A stretch of DNA of 64,000 bases from Christensenella tenuis (GCF_014287795.1 NZ_JACOON010000006.1:194024-258023), one strand, 5' to 3'. Positions 18,736-27,769 are shown, numbered from the stretch's first letter. Made by a program: numbers and translations. Notes: a model not told the origin generated them from the sequence alone.

Positions 18736-19500
18736 TTAAATACATGTATAGGCGCCGTCCACAACCACATCGCTGCCCGACGTATATCCAGCCGCCCTGC
18801 TCGCCAGATAGAGGATTGCCGGCATCAGTTCTTCCGGATCTCCCATGCGGTGCATCGGGATCAGCGGCATCCACGCATCCCGCAGTTCCTTTGGCGTATC
18901 GGCCGACATTGGCGTTGCGATATAGCCTGGGCTCAAACTGTTTACGCGGATGCCCGTTCCGGCAAATTCTGCCGCAAGGGAACGCGTCATATGGATCACA
19001 CCCGCCTTCGAGGCATTGTAGGAGACCTGCCACTGGGGTATGTTCGCGATGCTGCCCGACATAGACGCCATGTTGATGATGCTGCCGCCCGTTCCCTGTT
19101 CCAGCATAATCCGGATGGCGCTGCGCGCCACAATGAATTCACCCGTCAAGTTTACGTCTACTACCTCCCGAAATTCTTCCACAGCCGCATCCATCGTATC
19201 CTGATGCATACAGATGCCCGCATTGTTGAAGACGATGTCGAGCGATCCGGACCGGGCTACAACCTTACGCAGAGCCTTCTCTACCTCGTTTTCACTGGTC
19301 ACGTCCGTCTTGAGATAATAGGCTTTTCCGCCGTCCTGCTCGATGAGTGCAACTGTTTCATCCGCGCCCGACCGGCACAAAACAGCGACCTCTGCTCCAG
19401 CTTTCGCAAGCCCCCGCGCGACCACCTGGCCGATCCCGCGGCCTCCGCCCGTTACAACAGCTACCTTGCCTCCAAGGCCAAATAAATCCTCCAAGTACAT
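18736..19500 (-). CDS. SDR family oxidoreductase
   Basis: TGGGRGIG NAD(P)-binding motif, catalytic YNASK, NNAG motif. First gene of the operon. Confidence 0.85.
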   Translation of the reverse strand: MYLEDLFGLGGKVAVVTGGGRGIGQVVARGLAKAGAEVAVLCRSGADETVALIEQDGGKAYYLKTDVTSENEVEKALRKVVARSGSLDIVFNNAGICMHQDTMDAAVEEFREVVDVNLTGEFIVARSAIRIMLEQGTGGSIINMASMSGSIANIPQWQVSYNASKAGVIHMTRSLAAEFAGTGIRVNSLSPGYIATPMSADTPKELRDAWMPLIPMHRMGDPEELMPAILYLASRAAGYTSGSDVVVDGAYTCI

Positions 19501-19816
19501 CTTCAGTCCCCCTCCGATTATTCATTCGTAAGCTTTATTCAATTCGTTTTTTTCAGATACAAGCCGCTTGATTGGATGCAGCCATGAACATGGTTGCGGG
19601 CAGGAGCTTCCGTTCCGCCCGGTAGAATTTTCAAATCCAATTCGTATTATAGTTTCTCATTAGGAAATTGTCAACATAAATATTTCTTATTAAGACATTC
19701 GCTATTTATTTTCATCTATTTTCCCTATAATTTAATGGGGATATACCATTGATTGAGATATCATAATAACAAGACCGTTTTTTACGGCAAAACGTGTATA
19801 AACAAAGGACGAAATA

Positions 19817-20182
19817 ATGAACCGAATTCGGGATTTACGGCAGAAAAATCACCTGACCCAAGAAGATCTTGGGCGGCTTTTAAATGTCCAAAAATCCGCG
19901 ATTTCAAAATACGAAACAGGCAAGATTCCCCTGACGGACGAAACGATCCGGCAGATGACGAAGATTTTCGGCGTGAGCGCGGACTACCTGCTGGGGCTTG
20001 AAAGCGTCCCGGAGCGTTCCTATTGGGAAACACGGCTTTCCGCTCTTAAGGATGACAGCCTCCGCGATTTGGAAAAATATATTGAATTGCTGGAACTGCG
20101 TGACCAACAGGCAAAAAGCTCTCCCGACAAAAAATATGGAGCCTCGAATACGTTCGCATCACAAAAAAAATCTGCGCTATGA
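19817..20182 (+). CDS. XRE family HTH transcriptional regulator
   Basis: LRQKNHLTQEDLGRLLNVQKSAISKYETGK Cro/C1-type HTH. Divergent to the sugar operon. Confidence 0.8.
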   Translation: MNRIRDLRQKNHLTQEDLGRLLNVQKSAISKYETGKIPLTDETIRQMTKIFGVSADYLLGLESVPERSYWETRLSALKDDSLRDLEKYIELLELRDQQAKSSPDKKYGASNTFASQKKSAL

Positions 20183-20212
20183 GAGGTTTCCCGAAAAAGA
20201 AAAAATAGAATT

Positions 20213-20257
20213 CCCCATTTTATTTCCTGTCAAGGAAGCAAAATGGGGAATTTTTTG
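20213..20257 (+). terminator. rho-independent terminator after the XRE gene
   Basis: CCCCATTTT-(18 nt loop)-AAAATGGGG followed by TTTTTT. Confidence 0.7.
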
Positions 20258-20462
20258 ATTCTTTTGTTTGGTCAAGCACTGTCGCTTTCGGCGGATCAGG
20301 TTTTCATTGAGTTCTTTTTTTGCGCTTTCTTACAAAAGGCGGTTTATCCATTATGGTCGAAACCCGAAATAAACATCCACACGTAAGCGCGCGGCCAGCC
20401 CATACATAAAAGAGAGGCCAAACCGTGAAACAAATGGTATAATAAGGAAAAAGGAGATCCGT

Positions 20463-20897
20463 ATGGAAAAGCGCAGCCCCAAAATCACGCTTGCAACCAT
20501 TCTTGTGACGGCCATTGTCCTTGCTGTGGTGGCCTGCATGTTTATTTATGGAGAAGAGCCGCTTTCCGTAGGCGTGGAGGGAGACGAAATCGTGATCCGC
20601 GGAATGTACGGCCTTTCCGTTCCGCTTGCGGACGTGGAATCAGCATCCCTTGCGGAGCAGTCCATCGGGGAAATGTTTCCCCATGCAACGCGTACCAACG
20701 GTTACGGCGGCTTCGGCGGTACGCTCAAAGGAACCTTCCATTCCGATGGGGCCGGCAGCTTTATGGTGTTTGCCGGCGAGGGGGCAGCGCCCACGCTTCG
20801 CATCGCACGAAAGGACGCTATGGATATTTACATCAGTTTCCCGGACGAAAAAAAGACCCGGGCGCTGTACGATAGGCTGCAAGAGCGCCTTTCCTAA
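20463..20897 (+). CDS. membrane-anchored hypothetical protein (possible bacterial PH-like domain)
   Basis: Single N-terminal TM (ITLATILVTAIVLAVVACMFIY) followed by a ~110 aa soluble domain. Preceded by an extended -10 TGGTATAAT and an AGGAGA RBS. Confidence 0.45.
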   Translation: MEKRSPKITLATILVTAIVLAVVACMFIYGEEPLSVGVEGDEIVIRGMYGLSVPLADVESASLAEQSIGEMFPHATRTNGYGGFGGTLKGTFHSDGAGSFMVFAGEGAAPTLRIARKDAMDIYISFPDEKKTRALYDRLQERLS

Positions 20898-20927
20898 CGC
20901 AATTATTTTTTATCAGGAGAATCATCT

Positions 20928-21402
20928 TATGGCAATCGACAAGGTAAAAGAGTATTTTAAAGCATACGGACGGGATGGGGACGTCCTTGAATTCCCCACT
21001 TCCAGCGCAACGGTGGAGCTTGCCGCGCAGGCCTTGGGCACCGAGCCTGCACGCATCGCCAAGACGCTTTCCTTTCGCGTAAGCGACAGATGCGTATTGG
21101 TGGTATGTGCGGGGGACGCAAAAATCGACAATCCCAAGTACCGCGCACAGTTTTCATGCAAGGCGCGGATGCTGTCCGCAGATGAGGTGGAGAAGATGAC
21201 CGGTCACGGAATCGGCGGGGTGTGTCCATTTGCCAACCCGGAAGGCACCCGTGCTTACCTGGATATTTCCCTCAAAAGATTTGGTACTGTTTTTCCCGCC
21301 TGTGGGAGCGAAAATTCAGCCATCGAACTCACACCGGACGAACTATTCCAATATGCAAATGCCGCCGGTTGGGTGGACGTATGCAAGGGGTGGCAGGAAT
21401 GA
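20928..21402 (+). CDS. YbaK/ProX-type aminoacyl-tRNA deacylase domain protein
   Basis: 158 aa; starts at ATG with an AGGAGA RBS (the tracker ORF 20626.. is an upstream extension). GHGIGGVCPF block typical of YbaK/prolyl-tRNA editing domains. Confidence 0.7.
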
Positions 21403-21923
21403 TCCTGCAAACGGAGCGTCTTTTGCTGCGCGAAATGACGCAAGAGGATTTCCCTGCCCTATGCCGGATTTTGCAGGACGAAAAGGCAATGTATGCTTAC
21501 GAGCACGCATTCACTGACAGTGAAGCGCACGACTGGCTCGACCGCCAGATTGCCCGCTACAGGCAGGACGGCTTCGGGCTGTGGGCCGTTGTTTTAAAGG
21601 AAACGGGGCAAATGATAGGCCAGTGCGGCATCACATGGCAGGATGCGTTGGGCATCCGTGTTCCGGAAATAGGGTATCTGTTTGAGCGTGCCTTCTGGCA
21701 CCACGGTTATGCTACCGAAGCGGCACAAGCCTGCCGGAACTATGCGTTCCGCATCCTTGGCATGGACCGGGTTTATTCGATTATCCGCGATACTAACTTT
21801 GCGTCGCAAAGCGTCGCAAAACGAAACGGCATGTCGGTCTGCGGCTCGCTCGTCAAACATTATTACGGCATGGATATGCCGCACCTTGTTTTTTGTATTT
21901 CCAAACAGAAGGAGGATTTTTAA
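21399..21923 (+). CDS. GNAT family N-acetyltransferase (RimJ/RimL-like)
   Basis: TERLLLREMTQEDF...WAVVLKETGQMIGQCGI...GYATEAAQA acetyl-CoA binding pattern. ATGA overlap with the YbaK gene. Confidence 0.8.
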   Translation: MILQTERLLLREMTQEDFPALCRILQDEKAMYAYEHAFTDSEAHDWLDRQIARYRQDGFGLWAVVLKETGQMIGQCGITWQDALGIRVPEIGYLFERAFWHHGYATEAAQACRNYAFRILGMDRVYSIIRDTNFASQSVAKRNGMSVCGSLVKHYYGMDMPHLVFCISKQKEDF

Positions 21924-22270
21924 TGTTACTGGTTTGTTATCCCAAATGCAGCACTTGCAAGAAGGCGGAAGCATGGCTGAAGGAGCATGGTTTTTCCTGC
22001 GAATACCGCGATATCAAGACGCAGAACCCTACCGAGGCGGAACTGCGCGAATGGCACGCAAAAAGCGGCCTTCCCTTAAAGCGCTTCTTCAACACCAGCG
22101 GCCTTGCCTATAAAAACCTGAACCTCAAAGAAAAACTCTCTTCCATGACGGAAGCAGAGCAGTTTACGCTGCTTGCGGCGGACGGAATGCTCGTGAAGCG
22201 GCCAATTTTGATCGGCCCGCACGGCGTGCTTGTTGGGTTCCGTGAAAAGGAATGGGAAGCACTGCTGTGA
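21923..22270 (+). CDS. ArsC/Spx family protein (arsenate reductase-like, glutaredoxin fold)
   Basis: MLLVCYPKCSTCKKAEAWLKEHG N-terminal CxxC/ArsC-family motif. Overlaps the GNAT stop (TAATG). Confidence 0.7.
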   Translation: MLLVCYPKCSTCKKAEAWLKEHGFSCEYRDIKTQNPTEAELREWHAKSGLPLKRFFNTSGLAYKNLNLKEKLSSMTEAEQFTLLAADGMLVKRPILIGPHGVLVGFREKEWEALL

Positions 22271-22349
22271 CGGCCCCTTGGGGTTTGGCGCGCCCGGTTT
22301 TCAAATCACCGGTTCCGTCTGTACGTCTCCCACAAGCCGCGCGATTGTC

Positions 22350-22760
22350 CTATCCTGCTCCCATGTCCGCAGAAAACTGGCCGCCACACGGTCGTTTTCC
22401 GGTACAGCGCCTGCTCTCCGGCGTATTTTTCCATACAGTAAACATTTCCCGGCAGAGCCGGTGGTATTTCATATGCGCCTTAAAGGGCGCATCGGCCTGA
22501 CGCATGCAGACAGATCGCCTGCTACCCGTACTAAGCGGGCCGCCTGAATACGGTATCTTCAGTTGTTCTCCATACTTACCTCTATCCAATTGCCCTTTGA
22601 TATATTCTGCTATCTTCTTCTCGTTCTTTCCTACCGTATAATTATCCGGGTTCGCTCCCGCTGCTTTCAGACACGCGTTCACCAACGCTTTCTGCGCATC
22701 CGTCAGTTTGTTCCATGCGTCTTCCCCGCCGATGATCTGCGCGTAATTCGCGGCCGTCAC
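22350..22760 (-). CDS. hypothetical protein; only the N-terminal ~65 aa look protein-like
   Basis: The ORF begins in an AT-rich patch (AANYAQIIGGEDAWNKLTDAQKALVNACLKAAGANPDNYTVGKNEKKIAEYIKGQ). It then runs into GC-rich, Arg/Cys-rich sequence that looks non-coding. Confidence 0.25.
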   Translation of the reverse strand: MTAANYAQIIGGEDAWNKLTDAQKALVNACLKAAGANPDNYTVGKNEKKIAEYIKGQLDRGKYGEQLKIPYSGGPLSTGSRRSVCMRQADAPFKAHMKYHRLCREMFTVWKNTPESRRCTGKRPCGGQFSADMGAG

Positions 22761-22809
22761 AGAAGCGGAGGTTGTCTCCGCTTCTGTGTTGATACAATTC
22801 CCTTAGCTG

Positions 22810-25800
22810 TTATTTTTCCTGATGGGCTGTTTTCTTTAATTTCCGCACTGCGGAAATGAGTGCCGCCATGCCTGCGGCGGCGGCCAAAACGTATTGTAGC
22901 ACAGACGTTTCGTCTCCTGTTTGCGGCGCGCCGTCCAGTCCGTCAGCCGGTGTTTGCCCGGTTCCTGTTCCTGCTCCGCCTGCCGTCTCTTGCAGTTCTT
23001 TATGATTTTCATAGTCCGCTCTTGCAACTCCGCCTGCCGCAATAATTCCGACTGTGCCGGAGGAGCGAACGGAATATCCTTCTGCATTTTCCTGCGTTAC
23101 TTCATAAGCTGTCCCTTCCGGCAGCCCAACGGCCAGTATGCTCTCTCCCCCTTTCAAGGCAAATGACGCAACGCCGTTTATAAATGTCATATCCCCATAA
23201 GTTCCGCTAATTCCGGAATCGTTTAGGGTAACTGTGAAACCAAACTCCCGGTTCGGTTCCGCGCCGTTTCCCGACAACGTGAGGCTTACTGACAGGCTCC
23301 CTGTCCCAGTCTCCGGAACTTTTTCTTTCCAATAAACCGCAAAGGGTGAAAAACTCCCGCTGGTTTGGTTTCCTGTTAAATGGAATACCACATTTCCATC
23401 CGATATTTCGGCATTAATCACCTCTATTTCGGCCTGTTCCACTTGATTTTCCATATCTCCCCGGTATTCCCTGTGAAGCCCCTTAAAATGCAGTACCTGC
23501 GCTGTAAAACCGTTTTCGTTTACCCCTTCCGGGCATGGCCAGTATATCGTGATATCCGCGCCGTCATTTGCGCTTACCCAGGCGTTCCCGTCGTTCTCGT
23601 TTACAAGGTCAAGGTACTTGAACTCCGAATTTTCGTTTGTCAGGACGAAGCCATCTTTTGCCGCCCGGTCAATCAGGAGCTGTTTGGTGTCTTCCCCATT
23701 TTCCCCGGGAATCAAATCGTCGAACAGCAGGGATATCTGCGGCATGCCGGAAATACTGCTGCCCAGTACGCCCAGTTCTTCCCTCCCGTTCGTATAATAA
23801 ACGGTTCCCGCCGGGATGAGAGCCGCCCCTATGCCGTCCTGCGTATTGATCTCTTCTTCCAAAGCGGTAACCGGCTTTGTAATGTCGGCTTCTTTCTCAA
23901 TGACGCCTTCCGGGTCCGATACATTTCTGACGGTCAGCGTCCCGCTCCCGGTCTGGATATCCACGCTGTTTCCATCGGAAGAACTGACAGACAGGCCTTC
24001 AGTGTTGACCGTAATCTCATATTCGCCTGCGACCGCATCATTTTCAGCCATTTCGCCGCCGCTGCGGACAAGGCTTCTCATGGAGGCGCTTTCTTTCAGC
24101 GTAAATCCGGCGTCCAGCCACGGCAGGATGACAATATCCCCAGATTCGGTTCCATTTTCGAGCGTATATTCCGCACCGTCCACTTCAAACGTGAGCTTTG
24201 ACAGTTCCACTTCGTCCTCCGCTTCGATTTGATAGCGAACCGTGGGAAAGGTATCGCCGCTTATGGAATCCCCTCCGGTATATGCAATCATGTTCTGCGG
24301 GGTGAGAACGACGGTTTGTCCGGTATCCGGTGTTTCCACTTCGCTCCACGACCCCACCAGCGTTACATTTTCGTTGGGCATGATGAAACTGCTGTTTTCA
24401 ACTTCCGTATAATCCGGGGACTTCACTATCCAGCCGGAAAATTCATAACCTTTCAGGCTTGGCGCCTGCGCGACCGTTACCCGGGAATAATATGGGGCTG
24501 CCTCTGTCTCGGGAAGCACGGCCGCCGCCCCCTGCGGTACGTCGCCTTCATACTGATAAATTACATTGTGCAGGGCTGCCCGATAATAAATTTTCAGCGG
24601 ATTCTCCTCTGTAGCCTCTGCCGCGGTGGCGCTCAAGCGGTGAAACCCGTAGTTTTCATCGTAGACATAGTGAACGCCCAATATCTCAGGCTGGCTTCCT
24701 GTAATATCCTCCCAACCTAATTCCTCGCCGTCAAAGGTTAGGTGGCTGATGCTTACTGTATCACCGGGGAGCGCCCATCCCCCCTGGCCTTTCTCGTATT
24801 CCATCCAATCTTTTTCATTGGTGTCCGGGTCTATGTATTCGTAATAAACCTCATAATACCACGCCTGTTCCAACGACACCGGCCCTAAGGTCAGCAAATG
24901 GTCTTCCGTACTTCCCGAAAACGAAACATAACTGGGGACCTCCGTTTCATGCCCTTCATAGCGCGGAACCGACCCGTCAAGGGAACCGTCTTCAAACCAT
25001 TTTTCAACGCCCGGCAGCCCGCACGAACTTGCTTCGGGCAGGGTAAATACCGTATTCCCGCCGCCGTAGCTCCCTACGTCCGCCCCGGCGTCTCCCGCCT
25101 GGTTATTATAAATGGCTCCGCCCGTCATCGTGAAAGTACCGTTGCTATTTGCCACGCCGCCCCCGGTGGACGCGGCAGTATTCTCCGTTATCGTGCCACC
25201 CGTCATGCGCAGCGTGCCGCTGGCCATATTGGCCGCTCCGGCTCCATCGGGAGCGGAATTCCCTGTAATGACCGCTCCGGCAATCTCGGTCTCCGTCCCC
25301 ACATTCATCAAACCGCCGCCGGCAATGCCCGCAGTATTTTCCGATACAGTTACGCCTTGCCCAAGCACGGTCACGCCGCTCATGCTTTGTATGTGCAGTC
25401 CGCCGCCGTAACTTTTGCTGCTGTTCTTTTGCACTACAGTGTTGGAAATATTCAGCGTCGACCCAGTTGTCAGCAGAGCCCCGCCCCCATAACTATCCGC
25501 ATTGGCCATAGTCGCCGTATTGCCTTCTATCACGCAGTCTGTAAGGCTGACGGAGGCCCTTGTTCCATAAATCCCGCCGCCATGCATCGCCGTATTCCCC
25601 GCTATAGTCGTTCCCGCCGCGGCAAATGAACTTCCAGATGCGCTGTATACCCCTCCTCCATAGCTGTAATAACCGGTATGGTCCAAATCATAAAAAGCCA
25701 TATTGCCGCTGATTTCTCCGCCTTCGATTTCCACCTCGCCTCTGTTGTAGATACCCCCGCCGCCGTTTCCGCTGGTGGTCACCGCCCTATTTCCGTTAAT

Positions 25801-27189
25801 CTGGGCGTCCTTCATGATGAAAGTCCCGTCCACATAAACGCCGCCGCCATGATACTGATGGTAACTATACTCGTCGTTTTCCGTATAAAGGGTATTATCG
25901 CTGACAGATGCGGGAAAATTTGCATCGGCCGATTCCATGCGGAAGGTACAGCCGGAGCCCACGTACACTCCGCCGCCGCTTGCTGTAGTATTGCGCGAGC
26001 AAAGGGTATTTCCAGTAATACTGCCTCCTGTCATGACAAATTCCGCGCCTGAGGTCAAATAAACGCCTGCGCCGTTGCGTCCTTCGTTGTCAGAAATACT
26101 TCCTCCGTTCATCGTGAATTTACTGCCCGATACATATACGCCGCCGCCGAGGGTGCTGTTGTCTCTCCTTCCGCTTTCGCTGGCCCCCTTGCCGTTCCCG
26201 CTGATTTCCCCGTCGTTCATAAGGAATGCAGCGCCATCAAGAATCTGCACCGATGAAGTAACCATGCTGTTTGTTACATTTGTGTTTGTATTGCCGGTAA
26301 TGCTTCCCCCGTTCATGATAAAGGAAGCGTTCGCTCCGGAAATTTTTACTGCCGCGCCCGGGTCGTAGTTAACGTTGTGCCGGTCTGCCTGCTTGTTCTG
26401 CGTCCATCCCGTAACCACGCTCCCCGCCGACATGGTCAGTTTCCCACTGCAATCAATGAAGCTTTTGATATATTCTCCATTTCTATCCGTGTTCTGCGTT
26501 CCATATTCCGTATTATCCGCCTGCGCTTCCAACCGGGCTTCCAGCGTGAGTTCTCCGCCTTCTTCCACACGGATGAAGTTTGCTCCGTTCAAATTGGTTT
26601 CGTGCGAAACAACAAAGGAACCCTGCAACGTCAGCTTCGCGCCGGAAGAAACGATAAACTCTCCTGTCTTGATATTTTGGCGGCTAATATGGCTTCCTGC
26701 GCCGTTTGCCGCCAACACGACCTCCGTTCCCTGCGGAATGGTAATAACATTACCCGCCTCTAATGTTTCCGGCAATTCAAAGGTTCCGCCGACGCCCGAT
26801 TCGATTGCCTGCTTCAATTCCTCCCAATCTGAAACAGCGGCAGAACTGCCCAGCAAAAGGGCATTTGCGCTGCTTTCCGCCGGGAGACCCGACGGCTCCG
26901 CGTTTCCATCCTTCTTTTCTTCACCGTCTGCACCATCGCCGGGGACAGGCGGCCCGCTTGCTTCCGGCTCCGTTCCCGCGTTGGGGAGCGCCGTATCTTC
27001 TTCCGGCGATACGGAGAACTGCGCCTCCGGACTCTGCCCGGGCGTCAGGTCTCCATCCGCAGGCTCCTCACTTTGACCCATCTGCGCCGAAGAAGAGGGA
27101 ACGGCGTCCCCTGCATCTTCCGCAAAACCTGTGATTCCCAGCGAAAGAACCAACATAATACAAATCAATACCGCAGTTACTTTTTTCAT
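22810..27189 (-). CDS. large secreted cell-wall-anchored surface protein: parallel beta-helix (Pmp-like GGxVY repeats), Listeria-Bacteroides repeat, Cna-B/SpaA-like domain, APQTG sortase-type anchor
   Basis: Signal peptide MKKVTAVLICIMLVLSLGITGFA. Acidic Pro-rich linker. Many GGGVY(V/D) / TGGSITGN beta-helix repeats. A YEFSGWIV... repeat. A C-terminal FTVTLNDSGISGTYGDMTFINGVASFALKGGESILAVGLPEGTAYEVTQENAEGYSV domain. Ends APQTGDETS + hydrophobic stretch + RKLKK. The tracker start is a TTG; ATG at 27189 (RBS AAGAAGGAAA) or ATG at 27198 is more likely. Confidence 0.85.
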   Translation of the reverse strand: MKKVTAVLICIMLVLSLGITGFAEDAGDAVPSSSAQMGQSEEPADGDLTPGQSPEAQFSVSPEEDTALPNAGTEPEASGPPVPGDGADGEEKKDGNAEPSGLPAESSANALLLGSSAAVSDWEELKQAIESGVGGTFELPETLEAGNVITIPQGTEVVLAANGAGSHISRQNIKTGEFIVSSGAKLTLQGSFVVSHETNLNGANFIRVEEGGELTLEARLEAQADNTEYGTQNTDRNGEYIKSFIDCSGKLTMSAGSVVTGWTQNKQADRHNVNYDPGAAVKISGANASFIMNGGSITGNTNTNVTNSMVTSSVQILDGAAFLMNDGEISGNGKGASESGRRDNSTLGGGVYVSGSKFTMNGGSISDNEGRNGAGVYLTSGAEFVMTGGSITGNTLCSRNTTASGGGVYVGSGCTFRMESADANFPASVSDNTLYTENDEYSYHQYHGGGVYVDGTFIMKDAQINGNRAVTTSGNGGGGIYNRGEVEIEGGEISGNMAFYDLDHTGYYSYGGGVYSASGSSFAAAGTTIAGNTAMHGGGIYGTRASVSLTDCVIEGNTATMANADSYGGGALLTTGSTLNISNTVVQKNSSKSYGGGLHIQSMSGVTVLGQGVTVSENTAGIAGGGLMNVGTETEIAGAVITGNSAPDGAGAANMASGTLRMTGGTITENTAASTGGGVANSNGTFTMTGGAIYNNQAGDAGADVGSYGGGNTVFTLPEASSCGLPGVEKWFEDGSLDGSVPRYEGHETEVPSYVSFSGSTEDHLLTLGPVSLEQAWYYEVYYEYIDPDTNEKDWMEYEKGQGGWALPGDTVSISHLTFDGEELGWEDITGSQPEILGVHYVYDENYGFHRLSATAAEATEENPLKIYYRAALHNVIYQYEGDVPQGAAAVLPETEAAPYYSRVTVAQAPSLKGYEFSGWIVKSPDYTEVENSSFIMPNENVTLVGSWSEVETPDTGQTVVLTPQNMIAYTGGDSISGDTFPTVRYQIEAEDEVELSKLTFEVDGAEYTLENGTESGDIVILPWLDAGFTLKESASMRSLVRSGGEMAENDAVAGEYEITVNTEGLSVSSSDGNSVDIQTGSGTLTVRNVSDPEGVIEKEADITKPVTALEEEINTQDGIGAALIPAGTVYYTNGREELGVLGSSISGMPQISLLFDDLIPGENGEDTKQLLIDRAAKDGFVLTNENSEFKYLDLVNENDGNAWVSANDGADITIYWPCPEGVNENGFTAQVLHFKGLHREYRGDMENQVEQAEIEVINAEISDGNVVFHLTGNQTSGSFSPFAVYWKEKVPETGTGSLSVSLTLSGNGAEPNREFGFTVTLNDSGISGTYGDMTFINGVASFALKGGESILAVGLPEGTAYEVTQENAEGYSVRSSGTVGIIAAGGVARADYENHKELQETAGGAGTGTGQTPADGLDGAPQTGDETSVLQYVLAAAAGMAALISAVRKLKKTAHQEK

Positions 27190-27237
27190 CGAGTTCATTT
27201 CCTTCTTTATCAAATCATTGAGATATTATAAATAAAA

Positions 27238-27270
27238 AAAACATCTATTTTGCAATGAAAATAGATGTTT
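27238..27270 (-). terminator. perfect 13-bp hairpin with T-run (minus orientation) in the leader 40-80 bp upstream of the surface-protein start codon
   Basis: AAACATCTATTTT-gcaatg-AAAATAGATGTTT; on the minus strand it is followed by TTTTATT. A TATAAT (minus) immediately follows it toward the gene. Confidence 0.55.
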
Positions 27271-27309
27271 ACATAAACAGAATATGAAATTATGGGCAGG
27301 GTTTACCCC

Positions 27310-27404
<95 letters not shown>

Positions 27405-27441
27405 AAAGATTATTGCCGACGGAAACATGCTCGTCAACCCT

Positions 27442-27627
27442 TTATCTATAATAGTTCTTTTGTTTTATTATAGCAAAACCAAATCTGTTTTGTCTATATA
27501 GATCTGACTGCAATTTGCATGGATTGAAAAGGTTTTTTCCCCATTTTCGCAAACAAAAAAGAACCACCGTATACAATTCGCTGCAGGCGGCTCTTTTCAT
27601 GCGGTCATGCTTTCTTTTCCTCATCAT
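27442..27627 (-). CDS. small basic hypothetical protein (61 aa), uncertain
   Basis: AGGAGG 4 nt before ATGATG. Lys/Arg-rich product. No family recognised. Confidence 0.2.
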   Translation of the reverse strand: MMRKRKHDRMKRAACSELYTVVLFCLRKWGKNLFNPCKLQSDLYRQNRFGFAIIKQKNYYR

Positions 27628-27769
27628 GCTGCCTCCTTTTACCCTTCTTTATTGTTAAACACATTTTGCCGCTGCTTAGGTCTTTTCCTTCGCGGGACTT
27701 GTGGATTATTCGCGAGCAGGACGCTCGCGCAAAACGGCGCCGTCAGCCTCATCCGGTGCACAAAACTCC

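Noticed and set aside
22838-22857. inverted repeat TTTCCGCA-c-TGCGGAAA
   Set aside because: Lies inside the last codons of the adhesin CDS (encodes ..LISAVRKL..). Not a terminator for it; at most a coincidental structure.
23380-27134. multiple 100-270 aa + strand ORFs inside the adhesin gene
   Set aside because: Antisense frames of a long GC-rich repetitive CDS. No RBS and no protein-like sequence.
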